A DNA stretch of 57,983 nt. Origin: Hyphochytrium catenoides. Its lineage: Eukaryota; Protista; Hyphochytriomycota. Under the pieces are notes generated by a model. The model was not told the DNA's origin and searched no databases. It saw only the letters and a list, made by a program, of their open reading frames with translations. The position numbers were made by a program, and so were the translations under genes. Shown piece after piece: positions 40,186 through 53,494 of the stretch (its first letter is position 1; every line of letters begins with the position of its first letter). The stretch spans positions 1 through 57,983 of the forward strand of contig FLMG01003282.1 in assembly GCA_900088475.1 (NCBI GenBank), in the 5' to 3' direction.

Positions 40186-43100
40186 ATGGACTCCATTGAA
40201 GAGGAGCTCAGCCTCAACTATGATGCTCAGCATAAACAGCATCCTAAGGACCTAACGTCACAGTCAATAGAGCAGGGCACGGTGGAAATGCAGGTGGTCC
40301 AAGCTTCTCCTAACATGGGAGAAGGGAAAGAGCTCCTACCAAGCAAGATCCCAGTGAGACGAAGACAACGGGGCCGAGCCTCATTAGTTCCGTCCGATAT
40401 CAACAAGGTACTGGCGTCGTTGGAGGCAAACCCTCTAAAGCTTAGAAATCAGCCTCCAGTGACCGCCAGCAGCCCTACTGCGAAGAAGCCTCGTCCCATC
40501 TACCCAGACGGCTCTTCCACAGCAGGTAGGATGCACCAGGCAAAGCCTTTTGTCGTATTGAGTTGTTACCTACGAGGACTTTGATCTCTCCCTCTTTCTC
40601 AGCACTATTACCTCCCCATCCCTCTCTTTTCGGCATGGCTTGGCACTGCGTTTTAGTGTTCATTGTCATCATTTTTCCAAATGTAACCTCCTTATCCCGC
40701 CTCCTCTAAATCTACTGGCTTTCCACTGGCAGCTCAATGGACCGTCACGGGGTTACCTCTTGCGTTGGCAACAAATAGTCCAGACGGTAAGAGCTTTCCT
40801 CCCTCAAATTTTGTCTGTTTCTTCCTCTGTCTGGTCTTAGACAGTTAGGCCGTGCACTGTCCTAGACCCCAAGGTTCTCGGTGGTTGACCGGCATCGTTG
40901 CTCTTCTACTTGCCATTAGCCCTTTTAGCGATAGCGCCTTAATTCTCTATCCAAGTCTATAGTGGGCCGTTGTACGGCTCACTCTCCCCTGGCTCTGCTT
41001 TCTACAACCTGCGCTTCTTTGAGAACGGAGATCTTATTAGATAAGCTAGGTCTTGCCTTCTTTTAGCTTCCTCTGATGTCACCACCCATACTGAGACTTC
41101 ATTGTCGCCTTCTTTACTGCTCGTCCTAGAAAACAAGCCGCCCTCCTCTCCTGCCCCGTCCCAAGGGAAAAGACCCCAGGTGGCCATCAGTAGCAGTAGC
41201 AGCCTGATAAAGATAGCTTCTGAAAAATCAGCTTTGCATAGTAAGTGGACTTTGGGGGAAAAGTGGAACGGCAAAATGAGCAAAGGACAATGGAGCCCTA
41301 TGCTAATATTCACTATGTCCTCTTCGCCTTCCTAGTGGAGAAGAAGAACATTGTCATCTCCGGTCGCGGAAGAGTGATTAAACCCAAGCGCTACGATGAT
41401 TGTTTCATGCCTTCATTTGGCAAACGAGGAGGGAAGGGACCAAGAAAGGCAGACCTTAGCCAGATGATACCTGACCACATTGGAGAACGGAAGGCGAGAC
41501 GAAAGCGACTGGAGGATGCTGCCTGCAAGCAACAGGAAGCGCTGACAAAATCGTCATCTCTCCTTTCTGCTGTTCCTTCTTCTTCATCTAAGCCATCTAC
41601 ACATCCTCTTTTGGACCCTTGTTCCGTCCCCATCCCTTCCGAAAGCTATCTTGCGCAACCTGCTCTCTGTTCATCCACGACAAGTAAGGCCGTTAGTCCA
41701 GTCAAAGCCTCGGCCTGGGATATTCCTGACCCGTTGGATCAGATCGTGACAAGAGGTAAGGACAAAAAGGTCACAAGATGCCATCGCAGGCACCCGGCTA
41801 AGCGCCCTATTGAAGCAGGAACACCAAACAATGCCGCGGGAGAGAAGAGTCTTTCCCCTGACCGATTAGCAGCGGCCTTTACTCCATTTGCCAAACAGGA
41901 AGACGTGGGACTGATCGCTGAGAAGCTGAACACTACTTGCTCTTTAGCGGCAAAAGAGTTTGCTACTAACGCGAAGATGGAATCAAAGAAGGGAGAAGAC
42001 GGGACTACAAGAAGAGAACGAGCTTGTGGAAGAGAAAGTGAAGCGCTAGGACAAGTGATGATAGCCAAAATATATTCCTTAGCTCTGCAACGGACCGTTT
42101 CAACCTCTGTCCTGGCCACTGCCCTCGCTTTGACTGTGGGCCGGCTTGAACGATCATTCTACTTGGTAAGTGCGGTGAGCTCAGAGCTTGCTACACCTGC
42201 CTTAAACTGAGCGATTCCCCTATTGTCTCCTACCAACCTGCTATACTTCGCCCCCACATTGCGAAGGATTCCTCGGCTCTCGCCTTACTAGAGATTGTGG
42301 AGCGAATTGCTGGGCTCGACAGACAAAGACATCAAGAGCGACCCATTAATAGTCTGAGTGACAAGAAAAGCGTCCGGTTCCGTTCCTTTGACCTATCCTC
42401 TCTCTCGACGCCTACCCTAAACGACCCAGGTACGTTCCCTATCCCCGCCAATTCAAGCGCCAATCCAGGAACAGGGTATCCCGCATGCAGCTACCCTGGT
42501 CGCTTTCTGTGTTGGCGGCTTTTTTTAGAACGATTTCTCGGCTCTACATGCTGCCTTAACTGGTGGTCTAATAGGCCCATTTACTCTGCTCTTGATTAAC
42601 CCAGAATCTGAGAAGGAACACGTGGCCATGGTGACAGAACTAGCAGAGATTTTCCGGCTTAGCGCTTCCTCCGATCTCTCTAGTGCTTCCGGAGTCAAGT
42701 TTCGTGAAACAATAGTTTTCTGCCTCAGACACGTAGCCAAGCTGATTGAGAACAAAGGACTTAATGCAACAGTGGAAAATGCCAGAAGAGGGCCGTTGGA
42801 AGATGATGGTGCTGCTCAAGTGCTGCGGCAGCTGATGACCGAACAACACTTTTTGGCTCTGTGTAGAGCGGACAGAGAAGCCGTTGGAAGGTCAGAGCAA
42901 GCTGGTAGCCTTATTTTAAGCTTCTGTACAGAGAAAGCTCTGGCCGCGAAGTTTCTGGCGGAAGAACTGATGAGCCTTACCGATATCCAAGGAAAAGGAA
43001 GTGCCAGTACCAATGGTCCTAATGAATCGGCGCTCAAGGCAAGATTTGGGCTTCTCCTCTCCTCGCTCATCCGTTATACGCTTAGAACGTCCCTTAATGC

Positions 43101-44070
43101 TCCGGTTGCGGTGGAAGGTTCAACAAAGAAACTGCCTAGCCTGTCGACCTTCCTTCCTTTGCGGATCCTCCCAGGAACAGGAAGTGTAGAGTTCAATTGG
43201 GAAGATCTCTCTGCTCTCCTTGCCCACGCACTTAGAGATTATCAAGACTGCAGACCAGACGTCGAGAAGGCGCTTTCCGTGAATCAACAAATAGATACCG
43301 CGAGAGCACGGCGAGAAGGCTCGCCGACCCTTCCGAACGCTGAGGAGGAAGAAGCACATATGGTTAGTGTCATTATCGTCCAAGCCCTACGACGTCGTGA
43401 TACTAAGGTCGTTCCTCTTATTCTACTCTTCTCCCCATTTCTCTCTTCTATCTCCTTTTGTCCTTCTCTTCTCTTTCTCCTACAGTTCTTCTCTTTGCAG
43501 CTGTACTGCAGTGCCCATAGCTTCCTCGTCAATCTATTTTCCCAACCAGTCTTCCAGGAGATTATCCAGACACAAGGCTTTTCAATGCCGTCTGTAAGTA
43601 GCTTGAAGCTTACAGAGAGACCAATATCTTCGTCTTCCTTGTCCTTGCTCCATTTTTCCATCTCCTCTTTCCATACGTCTGTAACTCTCTCCCGGCTTCG
43701 TTACTTCCCTATACCCTGGGAAGGCTACACTTCTCCCATTTTACCTTTAGCTGTGGAGCAGCTCACATTTCGTAGTTTCGTTGATAATTTATGTTAGTCA
43801 ATGGGCTCTCTAGCTCTAGAGACTCCACTGTCATTATCGTCTTAACCCACTCCCTTCATTTCTAGGAAGCACTCCCTGCAACGTGTCACCCTTGGCAGAG
43901 AATACGAAGATATGTCCATCTGGCACAGGAGTAAGTTTCTTTCCGGCCCATCTCCCATTCTCCGACATTCGCCTTACGCCTATTTTCACATTCACGAACC
44001 CCCAACCCCATTGTGTTGACGGGATGCCCAACTCTCTCTCTCTCTGCTATCGTCAGCACCGTCGCTCCAT

Positions 44071-44110
<40 letters not shown>

Positions 44111-45219
44111 CCTCATGTGTGATATGTTATCTTTCTCTTGTAGAGCTTATCTCTATTCCAGCAGACTCAGACTACTGAAACTAATGCTCCTGCACAGATT
44201 TTGCTATGACAAAGAGTCATTCTGGTTCCCTCTCGCCGACCTAGGGAGCTTTCTCAATCAGCTTTTAGGGGAGGAGGCCACGGTTCAACGGCTAAGGGAA
44301 ATGATAGACCGTAGAGAAAAAGAGGAAAGAGAAAGAGAGAGGACCAGACTCCTGTTGAAGATGCAGCCACAGCGCGCAAGTAAGCGAATCAGGACGGTAT
44401 GTATAAGCTCCCTTACTCTCTCTCTCTCTCTCTGTCTCTCTCTCTTCTCTCTCTCTCTCTCGTCCCATTTCAGTCTGAGGCGAATGGGTTGTAACTGTGC
44501 TTATCTCAGCACAAAGGGAAAGACAGCCAGTCCTCTATTCCAGTTCCAACGCCTGCATTATCTCCCTCTGACCTTGACTTGGAAGCCAGTAGCAGCTGGC
44601 CGTTTGGGAAGTTCTCGTATCCCACTGTGGTCAGGTGAGGCAGCTGGCGCAAGAAGCCGATAAAATAGCGGTCTCTGTATGCAGATTCTTCCATCTCTGT
44701 ACTTCGCATCGCTCGTCTACCTTGTTCAGTGCCTCTGCCTTCTTCTCTTTCATGCCCACTCGCCTTCCTCCGTATAGTTGACCCCAAATCTCTAGTGTGT
44801 CAGAGAGTGTGGTCAGCAAAGACTGCAAGGAATGCTGTCAAGCCATTGAGGATGATCTTGTGGGTGGCATCGTCTGCTCACAATGCGACAGGCGCTTTCA
44901 TTTGAGGTTTGTCATAAGCAGAATACTAAGTGGTTACATTCTAGAAGTTGATGGCAGGGTGAATCCCCTCTGCTGACGTGAATCTTGGATTGGCTTGCTA
45001 TTGACTTGTCTACCCTCCTCTGTGCAGTTTATCCCTTCCTCACGGATAATCTCCCTTACTATTGACGCCGTCGCCCTCACTGTCATCTGTTCTTCCTGCC
45101 CATCCTTTCCTGCATACATTATACGCAGATGCCTGGGCCTTCCTCGGCGGTTCGCAAAGTCTAATCCACATTGGAAATGCCAGGATTGCTATCTTAACCA
45201 ACATGCAAGGGCAGCGTAG
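40186..45219 (+). CDS. Large multi-exon protein with a C-terminal PHD finger
   Basis: The spliced C-terminus reads 'CKECCQAIEDDLVGGIVCSQCDRRFHLR|CLGLPRRFAKSNPHWKCQDC' (Cys4-His-Cys3). Long coding exons lie at about 41336-42165 and 42575-43407. The start codon and some internal exons are uncertain. Confidence 0.75.
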
Positions 45220-45286
45220 TAGCCCCTCTTGCCAGTCCTGCGTGCATTTGCTTCATTACCACTTAGAAGTGCTACTTCGTAACAAA

Positions 45287-45455
45287 CATCAGCACTTTCC
45301 GCGCTTCAATAAGGAGTATCTCCGTGCCCAAGACCTTTCCAGGATCGCGCACACTCTTATCAGGCTAACTCGCGGTAGAACACTACCATTCAGCAACAGC
45401 GCAGGCGCCTGATGAGAAGCGCCTGATGAGAAGCACCTGATACTGCCATTGCGAT
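45287..45455 (+). mobile_element. Possible LINE ORF2 C-terminal relic
   Basis: 'KEYLRAQDLSRIAHTLIRLTRGRTLPF' resembles the R..L.RLR.G.LPL motif upstream of the ORF2 Zn-knuckle. It is followed by 'DEKHLIL' (about E.EEH.LL.C). Confidence 0.3.
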
Positions 45456-45936
45456 AGTATTAGGACAACCAACAATGCCGGGCTTGAGTCTCAGACGTGG
45501 GCCCTTAGTCTGTCCCTAGTCCTCTGACCTTCGCCCTCGAGTCTGGAAGTAAGCAGAAGGAAGATTCTGTGCGCTGAGCGCAAGCTAAACTGCGAACTTT
45601 CCGATAGATAACGGAGATCCTCATTCAGCTCACTATCAATAATAAAATACTCTTTATATTAGCATATTTTCCATCCACGAGCAAACTATCACCAATAATT
45701 GACGTGATAAGCGGCGATGCTTGTGCAAAAAAAATTTCCTTTTTGCCCTTCGTCGCTTCACTTTCCTCCTTGAGAGTTCCAAGCGCAATAATCTTCAGCT
45801 TCTCGCCACCTCCGCACACTTCGATGACCTCATGGCGTATCAAGGAGCTCAAGAAGATTGATACAGCTACAGAGGACCATCTCAATAGCAGCGCCCTACG
45901 TGAGGCGATACCGGACGGAAACAGGTCTAAAAGCAG

Positions 45937-48900
45937 GTGGATGCCATCCTAGGGGACGACCATCAAGAAGAGAAGCCATTAGAGGAGGAGATACGGGCAA
46001 GACAGTTCAAGGACGGACTCTTTCCCGTCAAGAGCTTTATAGATTGCTCGCCTTGTCGAGGGACTCGTCAGAGAGTTGCTGGCCCTTTTGTAGGCTTCCA
46101 ACGCAAGGGACGCCGTAGGAGAGATGATGGACAATATGGACAAATGGGACAGTGTCCCCTTTGATACAGAGAAAGATGCAGTGCCTCCCAATGCAGAGAA
46201 GAAGTCCTTTCAATCCAGCAGGCCCTCTCCTGCCGCTGCCCCTGTGCCACCAACGCTTGAGGTCTGCTCTCATTTATGTAAAGACGGTTGTAGTTGGTGT
46301 ACTAACACCCTTGTGATCTTCAGAAGGGCAGCTCAATGGAGATTTCAGTTGGTGAACCAGTGAAGCATGGCGACGGCATAAACGCGTACATCTCCTACAA
46401 GATTACTACCAAGACTGAGCGACCTACTTTCAAGAACAGGCAGTTCTCAGTTATTCGGCGGTTCAGGTCTCACAGTTCTACACCGATCACCTATCAGTCA
46501 CAGTCACTCAAGAGTGGACTGTCCTCTTCGATCTGTTGTCTATGATCATCTTCATCTCACCTTTGTCTAAGTCCTGGCTTACCCTTCCACGTTTGCATGT
46601 ATCTGCCTTTGTTCCGTGGTTTATCCTCCAACCGACCCATGCTTTCTCTTCTCATTAGCTCAAAGTGCTCTTTGCTATTGACAGGACCATACCTCTTCTC
46701 TTCAAAGCGAGCTTGCACTCTCCCCCCTCTTTCACTCTCTACATCCAGTTAGCTTTCTCAGCGCCTCATTGCTGAGCCTCTTACTTACACTCTCAAGTTA
46801 TGGTACTAAGCTCCGCCTTCGCACGGTCTTTATTGTCATATGTGCAGTGATTTTGTCTGGCTTCATGAAACCCTAGCAGCCCATTATCCAGGGATTGTCA
46901 TCCCTCCGCTGCCTGAGAAGATACTGGTTGGCCGCTTCTCTCCAGATTTCATTGAGAGCCGGAGGAGAAGTCTAGAGAAATTCCTCAATAGAACAGCGAC
47001 ACACCCAGAACTGAGCTTGAGCGAGCAATTTCGGGTCTTTATTGAGGCGGACGAAGGGGAGCTGAACACTTTCAAGGTGGGAAATTTGAGAGCTAAGCGT
47101 GGAGAGGGACAAACAGAGTGACGGCGAGAAAGGAACTGAGAGAGAAAAGCTGAGGAGGGGCTCTATCAGAGTGATATCTGCATTATGACACTTACGTCAC
47201 TGACCTCTCTGTCGCTCCAGCTCAAGAAGGGAAAGAGTAGTCGAGCAAACTCAGGCTGGTTCCAATGGCTAGACGAGACTGTCCAGTCCATCTCTACATC
47301 TCTCGGAGGAGGATCCTCCTTAGAAAAGACGACAGCCGACTTGGAGTTTGATGAGGTCAATGCGTACATGGAAGGACTAGATCCTCTTATGCAGAACTTG
47401 TTCAAGCATGCTCAGGTAGGTTGATTTGGCCCGACGATCGCAGCCAAACACCTGCCACGTTCTGTTTGCACCCAGCCGTTTGATTGTTGCTGATTGCTCC
47501 GAACGCTAAACCTCCATATCTTGCTTATGTACTTTCCTGTCGCTAGGGTCTGGTCAAGCGCAACCGGGAGACAGCGGAAGGTTTGTTCGAATTCGGGGTG
47601 GCATTTACCCTCCTAGGACAGGTACTAACGTCATAGTAGTAGTAATAGTGCGCTGCGCAACTGTGCTCTACCCATAGGCCTCTAGCCAAAGCAGGCTATT
47701 TCTTCATATGCGCTGGTTTTGTTGCTTACTGGCTAGTGAGATTGATAGCTGACTGCCTGCCGATGCTTCATCTTGAAATGCAGAATGAAGGTCAGAGTAT
47801 TGGAGACGGGCTGGCCAAGGTCGGCAAATGCGCGGATCAGCTATCAGTCTTAACAGCCGAACAGGTGGCGGCAACTACTTCTTGTCTCGTCTTGCGGNNN
47901 NNNNNNTTTCCGCCGTCAAGAACGCACTTCTTAAAAGGAGCGAGGCGAGAGCCACCTACGAATCTGCCGTTGCGGACCTAGAGGCAAAGAGGGTGAGCGG
48001 GGGCAACACAGCTTATAGAGTACAATAGAGCCAGAGAGGTTTGGAGAGCCTTATGGGAAAGGAATACCTCCCGTGATAGATTTGCAGGGACAATGCGATG
48101 ACTTTGAAAGCGGGCGACACCACTCTTCCATCGCAGCCTACCAGTGACATTATTGCTTCGCCGTAGGCCGCAGTAGACAAGCTAATTTCTCAACGGTCTC
48201 AAGGTGCAGCTGTGAGAGATGACAAAATCGCAGCTGCTGAAGCGGAGGTAAAGAAGGTAAGACATGCATCGGAGCAGAGCAACGAAGGAACGAAGGAACA
48301 CGTTCGATTGCTGAACTCAATTATCTCTCGCCCTATTGACGTATAATCTCTGCACGTTTCCCAATACTGACGTTTACATGTCGTACGATCTCATGGAATA
48401 GGCAAAGCAGAGGACGGAAGAGATCGGGCACGACCTAGAGAAGATCACTGACCGGGTCATGCAAGAGGTAGGAGAACGAGGTCAAAAGCCGTCCTGGTCT
48501 CTCTTGGACCGTCCCTACACTGCTGCTTATCCCTCTCTCTGTCTCAGGTCGAACGCTTCAAGAGCACCAAGGTTGCAGACTTCCGGAATCTGATCCTCGA
48601 CTATGTCACTCTCCAAATTGAGTACAATAGGAAGGTAGGCTCCACAGCTCTCTCACGAGCTTCTCAAGTGCCTTCTTGTCTCTGCAGCATTGCAATTCTC
48701 TCTTCCTCTCTAACGTCTCCGAATCACCTCGTCGCTCCATTGCAAGCATAATACCTCTTCCGTCTTCATTAGTCGTCTACCTAATATTCTCTCTACCTAA
48801 GCAGATCTTACTTATCAGAGTTTGTTACCCAGCCATTCCTCTCTGATCTCTCTTTATCCCTTTGCAAATTGTTCTGCAGACTGAAGAGGCTTGGGAAGCG

Positions 48901-48975
48901 ATTATTCCTGAACTTGAGGCCATAGAAATAGAGCCTCCATCTGCAGCAACCCCGGAGTCTTCGGCCACTATGTGA
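45937..48975 (+). CDS. Sorting nexin, Vps5/SNX1-2 type (PX plus BAR)
   Basis: PX domain 'ISVGEPVKHGDGINAYISYKITT...VIRRF|SDFVWLHETL...IPPLPEK...FIESRRRSLEKFLNR', followed by Vps5-type BAR exons ending 'EVERFKSTKVADFRNLILDYVTLQIEYNRK|TEEAWEA'. Stop at 48973-48975. Part of an exon is lost in the N-gap near 47900. The 5' start is uncertain (ATG at 46124 or an upstream exon). Confidence 0.92.
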
Positions 48976-49392
48976 TCGACCAACTCAGTTCAAACTTCAT
49001 CAGACGGCAGTTTGGTGAAAAGGCATACATATAGGGAGAGGTTGAAATGACCTCGCGCAAAGGAGAGACTTGACGGCTTGACGGCTTTTGCAGCCCATCT
49101 CCGCGTGTTTCTCTTCAAACAGAAGTCCACGTTACTTTGTACATAGAGTAAGGCAGCTCAGGACTAGCTGACAAGGAATAGTCTGTATAGGGAGCACCTA
49201 ACGCTCTACCTACATAGCAGAGTCAAAGCATAATGAGTTCCTGCAGTGAGGGAGTGACAGGGACGAAAGGCAGCACATGACTCTAAATGACTAGAAAGTT
49301 CCTGGCCGTAACCCCATCCAGCTTTACATCATGGGTGAGAGATTAACACAGGTAGCAGCTATGACACTGCAGCTTTCCTACGAAGGTCTCTA

Positions 49393-49600
49393 TTGCTTCC
49401 TGAACTTCACCAGAAGGGTATGCACCGTAGCGCCGTCGCTTCTCTATCGACAACGTTGGGCGATCTTACTCGCTCCCTGGTGAGGCTCAGGCTTCCTCAG
49501 CGGCAAATCCTAGCAATAGAACAATGTCGAGAACCGTCTCCGCTCATGTCGCTTTGTCTTATTCAGGGCCCGCTGCTGCTTCTGGCCTAAGGGTTGGTGT
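49393..49600 (+). mobile_element. LINE ORF2 C-terminal relic (5'-truncated copy)
   Basis: 'TRSLVRLRLPQRQILAIEQCR' resembles the non-LTR ORF2 C-terminal motif R..L.RLR.G.H.LAIE.GR. It lies between two convergent genes. Confidence 0.42.
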
Positions 49601-49720
49601 GCTAGCTCGCCGGCAAATTATTACCAGCGATTAGCTCCTGTCACTCTTAACAGATGGCGCTACGTCATTCCTAGCGCTTATGCTTCTATTTAACATAGCT
49701 CTTAGTAGCAGTCAGACCTA

Positions 49721-52700
49721 TCATAGATTCTTCTCTAGCCATCGCTTCAAAGTCTCATACGTAGCCCAAGAGATGGACACGGACGGCGTATGTACAAGAA
49801 GTCGAGGTCCCAGTCCTAAACGAGGCGAGTAAGGTAGTGCACACGAATAGTTAGGAAGAGGCAGACATTGCGATGGAAGCTATCCTAAGGCAAAAGGTTC
49901 GCTAGCCCGCCTTTGCCTCTGCGCGCTCTCTCTCTCTGCCTCTCTCTTTCTCTCTCCCTCCTCCTTTTTCCTTCTCTTTCCCCCCATTTCCCTCCTTTTC
50001 CTCTCTCGCCTCCTCCTTCTCTCCTTTCCCCTCTCTCAAACACCTCTCCCTTCGCGCATTGTCTAGGTCTCCTCTGTCATCTCCACCTATACACTCAGCT
50101 TGGTGCACCACAGATGCGTGCAAATCTAGCTTGCCCTTCTCTTTCCGTTTCTTACCTTTAAAAAAGCCCCTCCATCCTTCCTGAGCTCTGATCTGTGTCA
50201 CTACATCTAAGAAACCTCTGTACTGGACCATATAGGTCTAAAAGGGGGCGACGAGGAAACATGTCAATGATGAGGAAGCTTCAAGAGAGAGTTGAGGAGA
50301 GGTAGCGATGAAAGTGCGTCAAAGACCACTAAAAAAGAGCGGATATGAGGAACTGCGAGGCATCACTCTAGGTACAAATAGGGGCCCTGAGGCCTCCTAT
50401 GTCTATATCTGCCGGGACAGAAGAGAGTGCTAGTCTAGGGGGAGAGATTCTCGCTCTTCCTTTTTCTTTTCCCATACCTTTGATGACGAGTGCGTCCCTG
50501 TGTTCACTGCCCCTGAGAATGCCATCTGCGGGTTTACAGATCGGCTCTGCGCATGAAACATGAGAGGAGGTAGGCAGCGGGAGGTTAGGAAGAAGGAAGC
50601 CGTAAGAGGTAGATGGAAAGAGAAAGAGAGGCATAGATGGTGGGATGGGGAAACTCATCCCAATGAAAAATGAGGCGGACGGGAGACGGAAGACACAATG
50701 GTGGAGACATAGAGTATGGCAGTCAGAGGGTGAAAAATAAGCAAATGCGTGCCATCGAGAATAAGGACGAGGTGCATAGACAAGGTTATGGGAATAGGAA
50801 TGCGTGGGCTCCTCTTGAACGACAATGGTAACGTACGTGAGGTGCACCAAGGAGAACTTGCGTCTGGAGGCGAGTCTTTGCCACGTCTAAAGGCGTCGTC
50901 ACGGCGGCAGCCTAATGAACGACAACATTGGTTTTAGTGGTAAGCAGCCGAGTTTGAGAGTGCGCTATGTAGGTGGAACATAGCAGTTGGAATGCAGAGG
51001 TGAATATCAAGAGAGGTCGTGTGTGCGGTGAGGAGAGTTCATCCCTACCGCTGCGCCAGCGCCAGCTCCTGCTACAAGGAAGGCCATAAGGTTCTGCTCT
51101 CCTGATGGGTTCAGCAAGGTCTTCAAACTTTCATTTGTCGCAGCCATCACCATTCTAGAGAGAGAAAGTTATGGTCAGCTTTGTTCCTCGTCTGCTCTCT
51201 CCCCGGTACGGTCCTTAATCTTTTGACCCGTTTACTCTGTACTACCCGCAAGTACCCTGTGATGCTGGCGCGTTGTCCACACCTCTTTCTTCCCCCAACC
51301 AACTAGAAGCATCCGTCTGTCACTCTTGGCGTTATCCGTTCGCCAGCCTCCGGTTCTCTATTCTCCGGTAACCCCTCCCCGTTGTCTCCTCTTTTTATTC
51401 TTTTACTCATGTTAGCTTACGCGAAGGGAACATTCATAAGAAGCGTTGTAGGGAAGCTGAGGTAGAAGGCTCGAGCCCCCTCATGCCTGTAGACAGTCTT
51501 AAAGCAATCGATAGGACCCTTATAATAGCCCAGCTGCAGGCGTTGCTTCACCACCTGCGTCAGATATGTTGGTGAATGCGTGAGAGAAAAATAGAGGAGA
51601 GAGAGAAAGAGAGTTAGAGAAAAGAGATACAAGGCTCTTGAGGGTCACGAAAGAAAGGACAAGGGGATAAGCGGTTGCTGTTGTCCTAAGCACTTCTTGC
51701 TGCTCCCCTAAGCAGTGAAGTGTCAGATAGTAAGATACATCGAGAAATAGGCGCTACTGAGGTGGTAAATATAGGTAGTAAAGGGTGAGCATCGGAGCCG
51801 GATTGCTTACATCCATGGGAGTCATGATGGCATCATGCGCTGTAGTGGCTAGAGCGCCAGAAAGACCTTCATAGAGAAGAATAAACCGCCGTGGAACGAG
51901 CGAGGATAGTCGGTAAATCGGTTCCTAACCTTAAATCTAAACTTTGCAGCACCTCTAGTCTCTTCTTTCTCTCCCTTTCTCCTCTCTCCCGTTTTCATCC
52001 TTCTCTCTTTACTCCGAATGTCTTTGTCCGTTCAAGTTGCTCCTGACTGTGGTCGCTCTCCCGTCTTCCAATGCGGACATTGTTAATTTGATCTTACTTA
52101 TGCTCTTCGATACTTACTTTGAATCTCTCTCTGTCCCCTTCCCCCCTACGCTGTGTTCTAGCCCCTGCTTGTTCATCTCTTATTCTCGATCTTTGCGTAC
52201 CTGCAGCGAGAGGATGGTGACCAGGCTCATTGGCTCCTAGCATTTTCTTCATGCTCTCAAATATTGTGAAGTACGCGGCATGAGCAGGTATGCAGCCGCT
52301 AAACATCGTACTAACACCACGCCAGAGCCTGAAAACTCCCTCGTGACGGATCAGCTCGCGCGTTTTGGCCAGAGCGGAGAAGGCGCCTTTCTTTGATGGG
52401 CATCGCTGGCACTGGACGTGGGTCTGCGGTGATGCGACAAGATTAGGAATAAGAAAGGAGAGTAGGGTCAAGCTGAAGCTAACACAGAGAACGCTGGACG
52501 GAAGCAGCCACCCATTCTAAAAGGAGAGTAACCCCGCCCTCCGGCAACTGACAGGAGTAGTGTGACCAAACAAAAGAACGTCCAGAGGAAAGAGCTGCCA
52601 GAGCTGGTCGACAGACCGTGGCCTGCTGGAGTAAGTAGCAAGCGCCAGAGCTGGTGCAGAAGTGCAAGAAAGGTAGGAAAGGGCTAGATGGAAAAGCGGG

Positions 52701-52969
52701 AGGACACTGAGAAGTCAAAGCAGCGGCAATGGAACCAAGGATAACCGCATAAGGAGCGTGAGGGCAGAACACCATCGAGAGAGGAGGAAATGAGCGAAAG
52801 AAGGACGGTGTACCTTGATAGTATCTACCGGGAAGATAGCCACATGCTCGACCACTCCTGCACATGATCCTGCAATCATATGATGGACAAAGGAGCCCTT
52901 GGACGGGTCCCATTCCTCCCAGTCCTCGTCCAGCTCCAGGTTTATACTCATCGTGCTGCCTTCCACCAT
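49721..52969 (-). CDS. Mitochondrial carrier, mitoferrin (MRS3/4-like) type
   Basis: 'EEWDPSKGSFVHHMIAGSCAGVVEHVAIFPVDTIK|THVQ', 'LWRGV...GCIPAHAAYFTIFE', 'HDAIMTPMD|VVKQRLQ', 'FYLSFPTTLLMNVPF', 'TTPLDVAKTRLQ' and 'SISWATYETLK'. Three carrier repeats; stop at 49721. Confidence 0.93.
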
Positions 52970-53437
52970 CCTAACTTAAGACACTATAGAACCCTCGCGG
53001 GACCTGCGTGCGCGTGACAGGAGAGAGACCCCGCCAGCGAGAGGAAGAGAGTGAGGAAGAAAGCAGGGTGAAGATGGCAGGGAAAAAGAAGGAAAGAGAG
53101 GGAAAAAAAATAGAGAGAGAGACACTGTGCGTGTGCTCTGTGTGTGTGTGAGAGAGAGAGAGAAGGAAGCCATGGCCATGCAGAGATACGTGTAGACAGC
53201 TCGAGGAGCCAAAAAATGAAGAACAGGGCGAGGGTCGAGAAGCAAAATATATAAGACGAGAAGTAGGCACGAACTGAGAGAGAAGTGGCTAACTTGAGCA
53301 AGACGTTGTAGGGAGGGATCAGTGCTGGTAAAAGGGAAAGGAGAGAGAACCAAGTGAGCGGTGAAGAACCAAGGTCAGAAGAGAGAGAGAGAGCGAGCGA
53401 GAGCGTTGGGACCGCAGAGTCTCACCTTCTTGCTCTT

Positions 53438-53494
53438 TCACTCGGAATGTAGCCGCTTCGAAATTGCTGGTGTGCTCCGCTGCTGCCCGAGCAT
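53438..53494 (-). promoter_or_regulatory. Candidate uORF (MLGQQRSTPAISKRLHSE*) in the predicted mitoferrin 5' leader
   Basis: An 18-codon ATG-to-TGA frame lies just upstream of a good donor (AAG|GTGAGA at 53425). A CT-rich intron-like tract then runs to about 52985, just before the main ATG. Confidence 0.4.

Noticed and set aside
45408-45441. CTGATGA repeats resembling a hammerhead ribozyme core
   Set aside because: No stem II followed by GAAA and no flanking helices; it is a simple tandem duplication.
53115-53135. CAGUG iron-responsive-element-like loop near mitoferrin
   Set aside because: It lies inside the predicted intron, within CA/CT repeats, and lacks a proper IRE stem.
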